The position numbers and the translations under genes were made by a program. Below are positions 10,184 to 18,979 of a stretch of DNA of 64,000 nucleotides, piece after piece. The stretch is taken from assembly GCA_018817025.1 (NCBI GenBank), contig JAHIUU010000006.1, forward strand, positions 179,996 to 243,995. The letters run 5' to 3'. The notes below the pieces were generated by a model. The model did not search any database. It was not told the origin of the DNA and worked only from the letters and a program-made list of their open reading frames with translations. Positions within the stretch are counted from its first letter, which is position 1, and each line of letters starts with the position of its first letter. The DNA comes from Candidatus Babelota bacterium. Its GTDB lineage: Bacteria; Babelota; Babeliae; Babelales; JAHIUU01.

Positions 10184-10732
10184 GTGAAAAGGGTCATTGT
10201 TTTTTCTAGTATTTTGCTTGTTAGTGGGGGCTGTGTACGTGGAATGAGCCGTGTTGGAAGGTTAGACCTATGTAAGTTCGTGGATGGTTTAAAAGCGATT
10301 AAGGGTAAACTTTGGATAGACAAGCTTTTTGACTCTCTTAGAAATACTTCTTCGGTTGTAAGCCAAGAAGAAGTTATTAGTATGCTTCGTCAAACAGTTC
10401 CCCCTGGAAAGTTTGGCGAGGAAACCAGGTTTTTCAATACGTTTAAAAAAGTAAACAATAAGTTTGTTGATGTTAGGGGGTCGAGGCCTACAGGCCGGTA
10501 CGAAATTGATTTTTCTGGAACAAGTATAACCTGTGATCAGGTGAAGAAGCTTTTAGAGTTTTGTTCGAAGTATAATATTCTTATTACGTGTGTTCGGGCG
10601 TATGGGTGCGAGAATTTTGTTCCGAGCGATTGTGGTGATTCGGACGAGAGCGGGACAGAGTTTGATTTTGGATTTTTTACTAACGACAGTTCCACAGAAA
10701 AACAAGGTTCTTTGAGCGACTCAGCCTTGTAG
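10184..10732 (+). CDS. hypothetical lipoprotein
   Basis: AAGGAG lies 6 nt upstream of the GTG at 10184. VKRVIVFSSILLVSGGC has a lipobox-like end. The track ORF start at 10118 would read through the pal terminator. Confidence 0.5.
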   Translation: MKRVIVFSSILLVSGGCVRGMSRVGRLDLCKFVDGLKAIKGKLWIDKLFDSLRNTSSVVSQEEVISMLRQTVPPGKFGEETRFFNTFKKVNNKFVDVRGSRPTGRYEIDFSGTSITCDQVKKLLEFCSKYNILITCVRAYGCENFVPSDCGDSDESGTEFDFGFFTNDSSTEKQGSLSDSAL

Positions 10733-11015
10733 TTTTTCACAGAGAGCAATAAAAAAACAGGAATATGTCGATTTCTAGTTGGTTTTTTGTTTTGTTTGAC
10801 ATAGTATTTTTCTGTTTCATACTGGGCCAAAAACGGCAAGGAGGCTTATGATGAAATGGGTTAAGAAAAATAATTGTGTCGGAGAGATAACAAGCAAAGG
10901 CTCCCTTTTGGCGAGCCTTTGCTTTATGGTTTTGTTTTTATTTTCGTTTATTGCTGTGCTGTGGGCTGAGTATCATTGGATTCAGCTTATATCCCAGTGA
11001 TAGGCTTTATAGTGG

Positions 11016-13415
11016 TCAAAAAACTCTTCTGACTACACTGCCTTCTGGCGTCACGCCCCATGTTGTTCTTCCGTGCATCCCGACAGATATTTGTTTTAGT
11101 CGTCCGGTGGCTTGGTGCCATCCCCACTTCAAGCCCCAAAATCGCCAAAAGAAAATGTTGTTTTCTGGATAATATGTTTCTCCTAGGTATTTTTTTGCGG
11201 TGACGACCCAGGCTTGGTTTCCAACGTCAATTTGAGCGACTTGTTCTTTTTGTTTCATAAGATTTTCGAGCAGTTCACGGCTTTCTTTTTTTATTACCAT
11301 GTCTTCTTTCTGTTCTGCTTTTTCTTTTTCATATTCGTTGATTCTTTTGGTTTCTTCAGCGGCCCATTTTGCTTCAAGAGCAGCAATATTCTTTGCTTTT
11401 GTATTTTTTCTCTCTTCTTTTTCTTCTTCAAGTTTGGCTAATTTTTCGCTGATATTTTCTGTTGGTTTAGGATTATCAGTTTTTAGTTTTTCGGTTTGTT
11501 CCTGAAGGGAGACAGCAAGCTTTTCTTTTTCGCGGGCTATTTCTTTATCTACTGTTTTTCCAACATTAAATTTTTTCATTTGCAGACTAAATAGCTCTGT
11601 TTGTAATTTGCTAGCTTCGGTTGAGTTTATAGCATTTTCTTTTTTTGCTTTTAGTTCGGTTATTTTTTCATCGATGATTTTTTTAAGTTCGGTTGTTTTT
11701 TCTTCTTTTTCCTCGTCAAGCTTTTGTTTTTTCTTTTCGGTTTCTTTTTTTAGTTTTTCTATCTCTGAAGAAAGGTTGAGTTCGAAGTTTTTTTTGAGGT
11801 TTTCTTGTTCTGTTATCAACATATTTTTTTTATTGAGATATTCTTTGTCGAAGTTTTTTTCTTTCAAATTTTCTTCTGTCTTGATTCTTATTAGTTCTTG
11901 TTTTTTATATTCCTCAAAATCGATTCTTCTTTTCATTTCTTTTTCTTCTTTTTCCTTGGCTGTTAGTTCTGTGGATTGCTTGGTGCGTGTTGCGATTATT
12001 TTTTCTATCCCAGCTTCTTTTCTATTCGTTTCTGCAGCAGCATAATTAGGAAGGCCTCTGGTGCTCCAGACCTGGTTTTTGGGATTTTGAGTGTAGAGAA
12101 GTTCTACTGTCTTACCGCTAGTTATTTGTTCTGCACTGATCCAAGGCCAAGATTTTGGATGAAGTGTATTGCCAATATGAGTTACTTTACTTTTCCCTAT
12201 GGTGACAACCGGAGTATATTCAGACCTTTCCTCTTTGCCTATTTTATACATAGAACCTTTTTCACTCAGAGCCCATACCGATTTTCCCGATGACATCTCT
12301 TGCAAAAACCCCGTTCCTTCAGAGATTCCTATATCTTTGATAGTGACTTGGTAAAAATAGTTTGGTTTTTTTTTGTCTGTGTCTGATGGGACCACTTCTT
12401 GAACCTCGGCGAAAAAGGCAGGTTTAGTTCCATACGATTTTTTTTCGATTATTGTGTACCATAGCGTTCCGTCGGCATCTACAGCGAAATCTTGTACGTC
12501 AGATTTTATTTTTTCCCAAACCCCTTTTTCATAAAGAATGATATTGTCTTTTTCGGTGATCCCCCACATTTCTCCATTTTTACCTATGGCAACGTCTTTA
12601 AATTGTACGCCCATGCTTTGCCACTCGGAGTTGACCATCTGACATATGATATTTTCTAGGGTTATGGCATAGATTGTTCCGTTCGGAGCAGTGAGTATTT
12701 TTTTGAATTTTTGGTTTGGCCATTGTGGTACCCACTCTTTTTGGTTCCATAGAAAGACTTTATTTTTTGTGGTTATTCCCCAGATTTGTTTGTTCAGACC
12801 AATGAAGATTTTGTTTAATGTTCCATTGCTACTAGACCACTTTGTGTTTTCAATAAACGTTTTCCCATTCCATTCATAGACTTCGCCGTGCTCATTTACC
12901 CCCCATACCATCTCATGTTTGTCATCAAAAAGTGGTCCTACTGATATGTGGGTTAATGGTGTTCCAGCTTTATGCTTCCAGCCTTTTCCAACTCTTTGCC
13001 AGACCTGCATTTTACCGTTTACTCCCCAGGTGTGTCCTTTTGGTCCGATAGAGAGCAATCTAAGGGCCCCTCCGGCTCTTTCCCATTTGGTAGAGTGCCA
13101 TGCATATACGATGTCTTTAGAGTTGGTTCCCCAGATTTTATCTTTATCTTTTTCTTGTCCATAGGATAGCTGTTTTAGCTGGCCAGGCAGAGTTTTGTAG
13201 TTTTGTGGTTTCCATAGATAAACGTTATCTTTTGTATCGAGCCCCCAAGCTTGCCATTTATTTTTAGGATCGTCCCTTACGCATATTTTTTTAAATATTT
13301 TTCCCTCTGTTGGCAAGCTTTCCCAGTTGATTGTTACGACGGCTTGTGCTATCGACAGAGACGAAATGTTTACGAGCGCAATTAAGAGCAAGTTTGACAC
13401 AATGTTTTTCTTCAC
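11016..13415 (-). CDS. secreted tectonin-like beta-propeller repeat protein with a long Lys/Glu coiled-coil insert
   Basis: 799 aa with signal peptide MKKNIVSNLLLIALVNISSLSIAQA. At least 8 repeats fit the pattern hydrophobic-WG(V/I/T)(N/T)xxxxVYxW (e.g. TWGVNGKMQVWQR, VWGVNEHGEVYEW, IWGITTKNKVFLW). A ~250-aa K/E-rich heptad-like region is encoded by about 11230-12010. Two more repeats at the C-terminus (ISVGMHGRTTWGVTPEGSVVRRVF). Confidence 0.8.
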   Translation of the reverse strand: MKKNIVSNLLLIALVNISSLSIAQAVVTINWESLPTEGKIFKKICVRDDPKNKWQAWGLDTKDNVYLWKPQNYKTLPGQLKQLSYGQEKDKDKIWGTNSKDIVYAWHSTKWERAGGALRLLSIGPKGHTWGVNGKMQVWQRVGKGWKHKAGTPLTHISVGPLFDDKHEMVWGVNEHGEVYEWNGKTFIENTKWSSSNGTLNKIFIGLNKQIWGITTKNKVFLWNQKEWVPQWPNQKFKKILTAPNGTIYAITLENIICQMVNSEWQSMGVQFKDVAIGKNGEMWGITEKDNIILYEKGVWEKIKSDVQDFAVDADGTLWYTIIEKKSYGTKPAFFAEVQEVVPSDTDKKKPNYFYQVTIKDIGISEGTGFLQEMSSGKSVWALSEKGSMYKIGKEERSEYTPVVTIGKSKVTHIGNTLHPKSWPWISAEQITSGKTVELLYTQNPKNQVWSTRGLPNYAAAETNRKEAGIEKIIATRTKQSTELTAKEKEEKEMKRRIDFEEYKKQELIRIKTEENLKEKNFDKEYLNKKNMLITEQENLKKNFELNLSSEIEKLKKETEKKKQKLDEEKEEKTTELKKIIDEKITELKAKKENAINSTEASKLQTELFSLQMKKFNVGKTVDKEIAREKEKLAVSLQEQTEKLKTDNPKPTENISEKLAKLEEEKEERKNTKAKNIAALEAKWAAEETKRINEYEKEKAEQKEDMVIKKESRELLENLMKQKEQVAQIDVGNQAWVVTAKKYLGETYYPENNIFFWRFWGLKWGWHQATGRLKQISVGMHGRTTWGVTPEGSVVRRVF

Positions 13416-13486
13416 AACAACTCCTCTTGATTAAAAAGAATTACTTATCAGAATAATTTGATTGTAGAGGGAATCTTAATTAGAAC

Positions 13487-14002
13487 TCAAGAGTATTTAT
13501 CAAATGCTTTTTTGAGTTGCAGATATGTTGTTTTTAGCTCTATTGATATTGGTTTTGTTTCACAGAGTAGTGGCATGAAGTTTGTGTCGCTATCCCATCG
13601 AGGCAGCACGTGGATATGGAGGTGTGAAGGGATACCACCGCCGCCAGCCCTGCCGGTATTTATGCCAACATTGAAACCTTGGGGCTTCAGTTCTTGCTTG
13701 AGGATTGTTATGCAGGTGTTAATAAGCTCCATCATTTCAGCCCGTTCGTCAACGGTGCATGCATCAAGTTCCCCTTTGTGCTCGATTGGAAGAATCATGA
13801 GATGCCCGCCGTTGTACGGATAGCGATTCATAATGACGAATGCATGATTATATCGTTTGATAATAAAGTATTTTTCATCGACGTTGTCTTTGAGCTGCTG
13901 ACAAAAGACGCAATTGGCTTCGGTTTTTGGCCGGTTGTCTTTTGGCTTATGAACGGTATCGGTGATATATTCTTTTCGCCATGGGGCGTATATTTTCTTC
14001 AT
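13487..14002 (-). CDS. HIT-family nucleotide hydrolase/phosphorylase (GalT/Ap4A-phosphorylase-like branch)
   Basis: 171 aa with the histidine triad HLHIHVLPRW, plus CVFC upstream and NRYPYNGGHLMILP. Confidence 0.85.
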   Translation of the reverse strand: MKKIYAPWRKEYITDTVHKPKDNRPKTEANCVFCQQLKDNVDEKYFIIKRYNHAFVIMNRYPYNGGHLMILPIEHKGELDACTVDERAEMMELINTCITILKQELKPQGFNVGINTGRAGGGGIPSHLHIHVLPRWDSDTNFMPLLCETKPISIELKTTYLQLKKAFDKYS

Positions 14003-14203
14003 AAAAGGGTCCAGTTAAGGACAATGTGAATTTTTTTAGATTGTAGCATGAATATCCCTCGTAAATTTGCCGATTGAATGATGGGTTCTTCTTAAAAATC
14101 GTTTGTAATGTTTATTTTTGCATGATATCATTTTCTTGTACAGATGAAACGACGCTTCCTTTTGGTTCTTGACATTGCTAGGCCTCGTTGGTAGCATATG
14201 CGA

Positions 14204-14302
14204 AGATCGGTACGATTAAAAACGTCCCTAATAGAACAATACTTTTATGGTATTGTTCGCCCCCCCAACCCTCCAGCTTGTTCTAAGTTGGAGGGTTTTT
14301 TT
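14204..14302 (+). ncRNA. candidate small RNA (promoter plus two hairpins, the second a terminator); class unknown
   Basis: TTGACA (14169-14174), 17-nt spacer, TAGCAT (14192-14197). Then a 9-bp hairpin GAACAATAC/GTATTGTTC (14234-14258). Then a 13-bp hairpin AACCCTCCAGCTT/AAGTTGGAGGGTT (14267-14297) followed by a T7 run. No plus-strand gene lies downstream. Confidence 0.3.
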
Positions 14303-14319
14303 CATTCTTTTTGCTGGTG

Positions 14320-14730
14320 TTACCTCAGAATTTTACTAGCAGGTCCCTCGACTGTTTTGCCGCGAGCAAGAAATACAGCTCTGACTAGATAACAATAGTT
14401 GACAGTGTTGGAGTCAAGATAGGACAGCTTGGTCGTTGGGTGTTTATTCACCGGTTTCCTTGGTATGAATGCTGTCGGGACAAATTTGTACAGGTTATAT
14501 CCTACTAGTTCTATATTGTCACCGGAAACCTCAACGGGGAGCCATGAAATTAAAGTGGCTCCCTGTTTTGTTTGAGCTATCCTTAGGCCTCGTACAGCAG
14601 GAAGTGTTAGCCTGTTTATTTTCACAACTTTTTTTTTGGAGGCAAATACCAAAAAGGTATTGTTTTTTCTTCCACATGAGGATAGGAAGAGGCAAAGAAG
14701 AACAAAAAAATATTTCCTTAGTTTTTTCAC
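14320..14730 (-). CDS. lipoprotein with an Fn3/Ig-like beta-sandwich appearance, translationally coupled to atpA
   Basis: 136 aa. MKKLRKYFFVLLCLFLSSCG has a lipobox. Its start overlaps the atpA stop by 4 nt. The body (ATLISWLPV...VGYNLYKF...YLVRAVF) resembles a fibronectin-III-type strand pattern; this is by eye only. Confidence 0.55.
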   Translation of the reverse strand: MKKLRKYFFVLLCLFLSSCGRKNNTFLVFASKKKVVKINRLTLPAVRGLRIAQTKQGATLISWLPVEVSGDNIELVGYNLYKFVPTAFIPRKPVNKHPTTKLSYLDSNTVNYCYLVRAVFLARGKTVEGPASKILR

Positions 14731-16238
14731 GTTTCTTTCTTGAAAAGAACGATAAATTTAGTTGCTGTTTTTCTTATTTCATCGACCTGGTCATCGGTTA
14801 TGTCTAGAGATTTAAGAATTTTGTTGTACAGGTCTGGAGTTGTTTCTTCGACGTAGCTTGCAAATTGTACGGCAAATGGCTTAACGTCCTCAAGATTCAA
14901 TTGATCCAAAAAGTTTTCTTTTAAGAGGAGTAGGAAGATAGCTTGGTGGACAAATGAGTAGGTTTCTCTAAGCGGCTGTTTAAGGATTTCGATTGCCCTT
15001 CTTCCTCGATCAAGTGCTTTTTGGCTTGACTTGTCTAACTCCGAGCCAAATTGCGCAAATGCAAGCAACTCTTCATATTGTGCGAGATCAAGTTTGAGCA
15101 TACCGGACATTTTTTTGATTGCTTTAGTTTGTGCTTTGCCGCCGACACGAGAGACAGAAAGGCCAACATTGACCGCTGGTCGGATACCCGTGTTGAAAAG
15201 ATTGGTGTCCAAGAAGATTTGCCCATCAGTTATCGAGATTAGATTTGTAGGAATATAGGCGGAGATATCATCTCCTTGGGTTTGAATGATTGGAATAGCG
15301 GTAAGGGAACCGCCGCCGTGCTCGACAGAAAGTTTTGCTGAGCGTTCGAGGAGGCGCGAATGGATGTAAAAAATGTCGCCCGGGTATGCTTCTCGTCCTG
15401 GGGGGCGTCTCAAGAGAAGTGAGAGCTCTCGATAGGCGATTGCGTGCTTACTTAAATCGTCATAAATAATGAGGACATCTTTTCCTTTATTCATGAAGTA
15501 TTCGCCGATTGTGCAGCCGGCGTATGGAGCGAAGTAGTGGTTGATGGCAGAATCTTTTGCGGTTGCATTGACGATAATTGTGTACTTAAGTGCTTCGTGT
15601 TGCTCAAGAAGACTGACCATTTTGGCGGTTGTTGATTGTTTTTGGCCGATTGAGACGTAGATGCAGATGACGTTTTTGCCTTTTTGATGCAGTATCGTGT
15701 CGATGGCGATTGCTGTTTTACCAGTGCTTCTGTTGCCGATTAGAAGCTCTCGTTGCCCTTTTCCGATTGGGATGAGGCCGTCGATTGCGGTGATACCAGT
15801 TTCTAGCGACTGATGAACCGGTGTTCGCATCATAATTCCTGGAGCAGTATTTTCTATTGGCCTAAGTTCGTCATATTCGATCTTGCCAAGAGCATCAAGC
15901 GGTTTGCCCGTTGCATTAATAATTCTTCCCAAAAGCTTGTCCCCAACAGGAATTCTGAAAACATCACCGGTGCGTGTTGCTGTTTCCCGTTCTGCGACAG
16001 GAAGCTCTGGATTGAGGAGCACGACGGAAACGTAATCCTCATCGAGGTCGAGTGCTATTCCTTGGTTGCCGCCTTCAAAGTTGATGAGTTCACCAAAAAC
16101 CGCGTTGGTTAGTCCGTATACTTTGCTGATTCCGTCTCCAACCTTGATGACGTTGCCAATCTCATCTAGTTTTTCAGTTGGTTTTCCACCAAGTGATTGT
16201 TCTAAAAGCGATACAAGATCCGTGCTTTTTTCTACCAT
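14727..16238 (-). CDS. atpA: F1 ATP synthase alpha subunit
   Basis: 503 aa with Walker A GNRSTGKT, plus LIIYDDLSKHAIAYRELSLLLRRPPGREAYPGDIFYIHSRLLERSAKL. Confidence 0.95.
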   Translation of the reverse strand: MVEKSTDLVSLLEQSLGGKPTEKLDEIGNVIKVGDGISKVYGLTNAVFGELINFEGGNQGIALDLDEDYVSVVLLNPELPVAERETATRTGDVFRIPVGDKLLGRIINATGKPLDALGKIEYDELRPIENTAPGIMMRTPVHQSLETGITAIDGLIPIGKGQRELLIGNRSTGKTAIAIDTILHQKGKNVICIYVSIGQKQSTTAKMVSLLEQHEALKYTIIVNATAKDSAINHYFAPYAGCTIGEYFMNKGKDVLIIYDDLSKHAIAYRELSLLLRRPPGREAYPGDIFYIHSRLLERSAKLSVEHGGGSLTAIPIIQTQGDDISAYIPTNLISITDGQIFLDTNLFNTGIRPAVNVGLSVSRVGGKAQTKAIKKMSGMLKLDLAQYEELLAFAQFGSELDKSSQKALDRGRRAIEILKQPLRETYSFVHQAIFLLLLKENFLDQLNLEDVKPFAVQFASYVEETTPDLYNKILKSLDITDDQVDEIRKTATKFIVLFKKET

Positions 16239-16789
16239 AATTCTTCCTGACGTAAGATTTTTTGCTCAATGCTGTGTAGTTTTTTTGCTATAGACCGTTC
16301 CCATTTGTAGTCGTCTCCCTCAATTCTTATTCCACTAATAAGAGTTGTATCGATAATGAATTCTGTAGTAATGTGATTCGGGATCTGTTTTTTTATAAAG
16401 TTTGTGACCGCTTGCTGTTCTTGATTTGTAAGTTCGTGGGAGGTTGTTACGGTGAAGTGATATTTGTTTTCACGCCGCTTGTAAAGAAATACGATTTGTT
16501 TGAGAACGGCACTAAGTATATCTATTCTCTTATCCTTCAGGAGTAAAAAGACGAGCTTGCTAATACTGGGAGGCTGATTTTGGTTTTCTAAGGTACGCTC
16601 GACGATAAATTTTTTTGTTTTGAAGGGGAGTGACGGGATGTCCAATGTCGCTTGGAAGAGTTTGTTGGTTGAGATAAAGCTGGCAAACGAGGTGATTCCC
16701 TCAATATATGCAGGGGTGAATTTTTCGAGATTTACATTGAGAAAGGCAACGGCGTATCTTTTGGTAATTTTTCCTGTAGCAATAATCAT
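16232..16789 (-). CDS. atpH: F1 ATP synthase delta (OSCP) subunit
   Basis: 185 aa placed between the b subunits and atpA. N-terminal KRYAVAFLNV and C-terminal ISGIRIEGDDYKWERSIAKKL are OSCP-like. It overlaps the atpA start. Confidence 0.8.
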   Translation of the reverse strand: MIIATGKITKRYAVAFLNVNLEKFTPAYIEGITSFASFISTNKLFQATLDIPSLPFKTKKFIVERTLENQNQPPSISKLVFLLLKDKRIDILSAVLKQIVFLYKRRENKYHFTVTTSHELTNQEQQAVTNFIKKQIPNHITTEFIIDTTLISGIRIEGDDYKWERSIAKKLHSIEQKILRQEELW

Positions 16790-16793
16790 TATA

Positions 16794-17306
16794 TTACCTG
16801 TCTAACGTTTTAATAACATTTGCGAGAAGTTTTTTGCCTTCGGCCCCCTGGCAGCTTTTTAGTAACGTTTTTCTTGTCTGTGCGATCGCATCGGGCAGAA
16901 TCTCTTTTTTAGCCTGAAGGATCGAAAGGCGACTAAACTGCCGCTTCTTTTTTTCAAAAATAGACAACGCCAGTGCTTTTTGTTGCGATTCATTTTTTGC
17001 CTGTTTTGCGGCAAGTGACGCGTGCCACTTTTGTATGCTTTCTTCAAGAATATTAAGAGAGGTTGTCTGTTCTCTAAACTTTTTGCACAAGTTATTTTTT
17101 GTGTTTTTTGTAAGATCAAACTTATTTTCTAGGTCGTTCCATTGTTTGTAGAGTTCTGCTATTTGCTCTCTTAATAGCGGGAGCCCGTAATCGATGGTTA
17201 TTTGATATAGTTGGATGACGAGAATAAGAAAGATAGAAAGCTCAAAAAGAATAGGGACAGTATTTTGTTGTAAAAAATTAGTAAGCATTTGGAACCCTTT
17301 TAACAA
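16794..17306 (-). CDS. atpF: F0 ATP synthase b-type subunit (second copy)
   Basis: One N-terminal TM helix followed by a long charged helix, positioned between the b-prime-like gene and atpH. The start could instead be the Met at 17288. Confidence 0.6.
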   Translation of the reverse strand: MLKGFQMLTNFLQQNTVPILFELSIFLILVIQLYQITIDYGLPLLREQIAELYKQWNDLENKFDLTKNTKNNLCKKFREQTTSLNILEESIQKWHASLAAKQAKNESQQKALALSIFEKKKRQFSRLSILQAKKEILPDAIAQTRKTLLKSCQGAEGKKLLANVIKTLDR

Positions 17307-17637
17307 GAGCCTGTGTAACCGCTTGCTTTAACTGGTTGGCGTCTATCTTTTCTATGAAAACATGTTTTGATTCAGGTAGTTTTTCGGAGATAGCAAGTGA
17401 GACGAACGGGTATGTCTCTTTGACGTGTTCTTGAAAAATGACTATAGAGTCAGACTTTTCTTTTTCTAATGAGCGTAGCGCTTCTTCTTCGATTTTTATT
17501 TTTTGTTCGAGTTTTTTGCGCTTTAGTTTTTTTTCTTTCAGCGAGGTGATAACCGGCTTGAGCAGGAATATATTGAGTACGTGGTATGTTATAAGAAAGT
17601 TTATAATTTGTACGAGAAACGTTGCATTAATATGCAT
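17278..17637 (-). CDS. F0 ATP synthase b/b-prime-type subunit
   Basis: 119 aa. The N-terminus NATFLVQIINFLITYHVLNIFLLKPV is typical of b subunits and is followed by a charged helix. It sits immediately downstream of atpE. Confidence 0.65.
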   Translation of the reverse strand: MHINATFLVQIINFLITYHVLNIFLLKPVITSLKEKKLKRKKLEQKIKIEEEALRSLEKEKSDSIVIFQEHVKETYPFVSLAISEKLPESKHVFIEKIDANQLKQAVTQALVKRVPNAY

Positions 17638-17683
17638 AACGTAGCCACCTCATTTATTGTCTGCTCAAATGTGAAAGGAGTTG

Positions 17684-17932
17684 TCAGTTTGCAACAGCGA
17701 ATAACAAAATAAGAGATACGAGCAAGGCGAAGATCGTTGCTGTTTCAGTTATTGCCATTCCGAGAACCATCGTTCTGATGATAAGTCCCCCTGTCTCCGG
17801 CTTTTTCCCTATGTTTTCACAGGCCTTTCCTGCAATAAATCCCTGCCCGAGTGATGGCCCAAGTCCACCGAATCCCATGCAGACACCCGCCGCTATAAAA
17901 GCAGCCACTTTAACCCAGTTTACATCTGCCAT
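17684..17932 (-). CDS. atpE: F0 ATP synthase c subunit
   Basis: Start moved to the ATG at 17932, giving 82 aa. It has a GxGxGxG-type helix 1 (GFGGLGPSLGQGFIAGKA), a polar loop, and the helix 2 carboxylate in MAITETATIF. The track ORF carries a spurious 50-aa extension. Confidence 0.9.
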   Translation of the reverse strand: MADVNWVKVAAFIAAGVCMGFGGLGPSLGQGFIAGKACENIGKKPETGGLIIRTMVLGMAITETATIFALLVSLILLFAVAN

Positions 17933-18002
17933 TGTGATGATTCCTTCTTTTAATGCGCTTTGACTAACCCCAGCATATTTATGCCGGGTTCTCTTGTCAA
18001 TG

Positions 18003-18731
18003 CTATCGGGTTGCCTGTATGGTTTTACCTGAAGGTTGCAGGGTTGGGAGAACTTGTCGGTCGATGAAATTTTGAACCGCACTCATATGTTTTTTTTGGT
18101 TTTCAGCGTTTGATTCAAACTCATCGTTACAGTCGAGGACTAAAATGGGAACAGAGGCAAGATGAGGCATGAGCTCTTTCTGATGAATGAGCCAGTCCTC
18201 ATGCCGTTTATGAAGTGCTTGAAGATAACTCATAGGAATGGATGATTCTTCTCGTCGATGTCGCTTATGGATTCTCTCATAACAGGTTTTAGGTTCTGTT
18301 TTTAAGTAGATAAACCCCCTTGGTGTTGGGGTATATTTTTCGACGAGCCAGGAAAACCACTCTTTGTAGATTTGCCACTCAAGTTGGGTCATTAACCCAG
18401 ATTCGAAGCAGTTCTTTGCAAAACAGAATCGGTCGCAGTAGACCGAGCGTTCGAGTACTTTAACCTTGGAATGGTTTGATTCTTCATGGTTTTCCTGATA
18501 TTCAAGGATTGCCTGAACACGACTGATGAATGCATATGATTGGAATGTGTATGCCCAGCGAGGTGTGTCTTTGTAAAAAAGATGAAGCAGGTTGCTTTCT
18601 TCGTTATTGCTTTGCCACTTATTGGTTGGTTCAAATATGACATCGAGATTTAGCCCGGTTTCCAGCATTTTGAGAAAGGTTGATTTTCCCGCGCCAATAT
18701 TTCCTTCGACCATGAGGATTGTAGGATACAT
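18003..18731 (-). CDS. deoxynucleoside kinase (dNK/dGK family)
   Basis: 242 aa with P-loop EGNIGAGKSTFLKML, an ERS motif (VLERSVYCDRFCF) and an arginine-rich lid KRHRREE. Confidence 0.85.
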   Translation of the reverse strand: MYPTILMVEGNIGAGKSTFLKMLETGLNLDVIFEPTNKWQSNNEESNLLHLFYKDTPRWAYTFQSYAFISRVQAILEYQENHEESNHSKVKVLERSVYCDRFCFAKNCFESGLMTQLEWQIYKEWFSWLVEKYTPTPRGFIYLKTEPKTCYERIHKRHRREESSIPMSYLQALHKRHEDWLIHQKELMPHLASVPILVLDCNDEFESNAENQKKHMSAVQNFIDRQVLPTLQPSGKTIQATR

Positions 18732-18979
18732 AGTGCCAACTCCCGTGATTCTATGTGAAACTTTACACTAACTGAAAATATTTATTTTGATGAAAACAAA
18801 ACGTTCGACATCAGTTTATAACCTTTTGTATGGTTGGGCTAATTTTTTTTGGCGAAGTGGGGCGTTTTATCTAAAAGCTTGGCAATGTTGCTGAACTACG
18901 GTATGGTTTTCTTTCTCTTGAGCGTATTTTGGGGTATACGATGATTCGTAAAATTACAGTGAATAACGAGGCTTACATA

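Noticed and set aside
10850-10999. A 49-aa ORF (MMKWVKKNNCVGEITSKGSLLASLCFMVLFLFSFIAVLWAEYHWIQLISQ) in the gap before the tectonin-like gene. It contains an 8-bp hairpin AAAGGCTC/GAGCCTTT (about 10898-10922).
   Set aside because: The hairpin sits inside the putative ORF and may instead be a terminator for the flanking genes. No clear RBS is present. The evidence is too weak to call either feature.
14198-14392. A 64-aa plus-strand ORF lies in the HIT/atp intergenic region.
   Set aside because: It reads straight through a strong intrinsic terminator and into the convergent lipoprotein gene. It has no RBS.
17684-18082. The 132-aa version of the atpE ORF, and the idea that the c subunit is Na+-specific (Gln in GQG plus Glu-Thr in ITET).
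   Set aside because: The N-terminal 50 aa are not c-subunit-like and overlap the dNK gene, so the internal Met at 17932 gives a normal 82-aa protein. Only part of the Na+ signature as I remember it is present (the third-position Thr and the Tyr appear to be Ala and Phe), so no ion-specificity call is justified.
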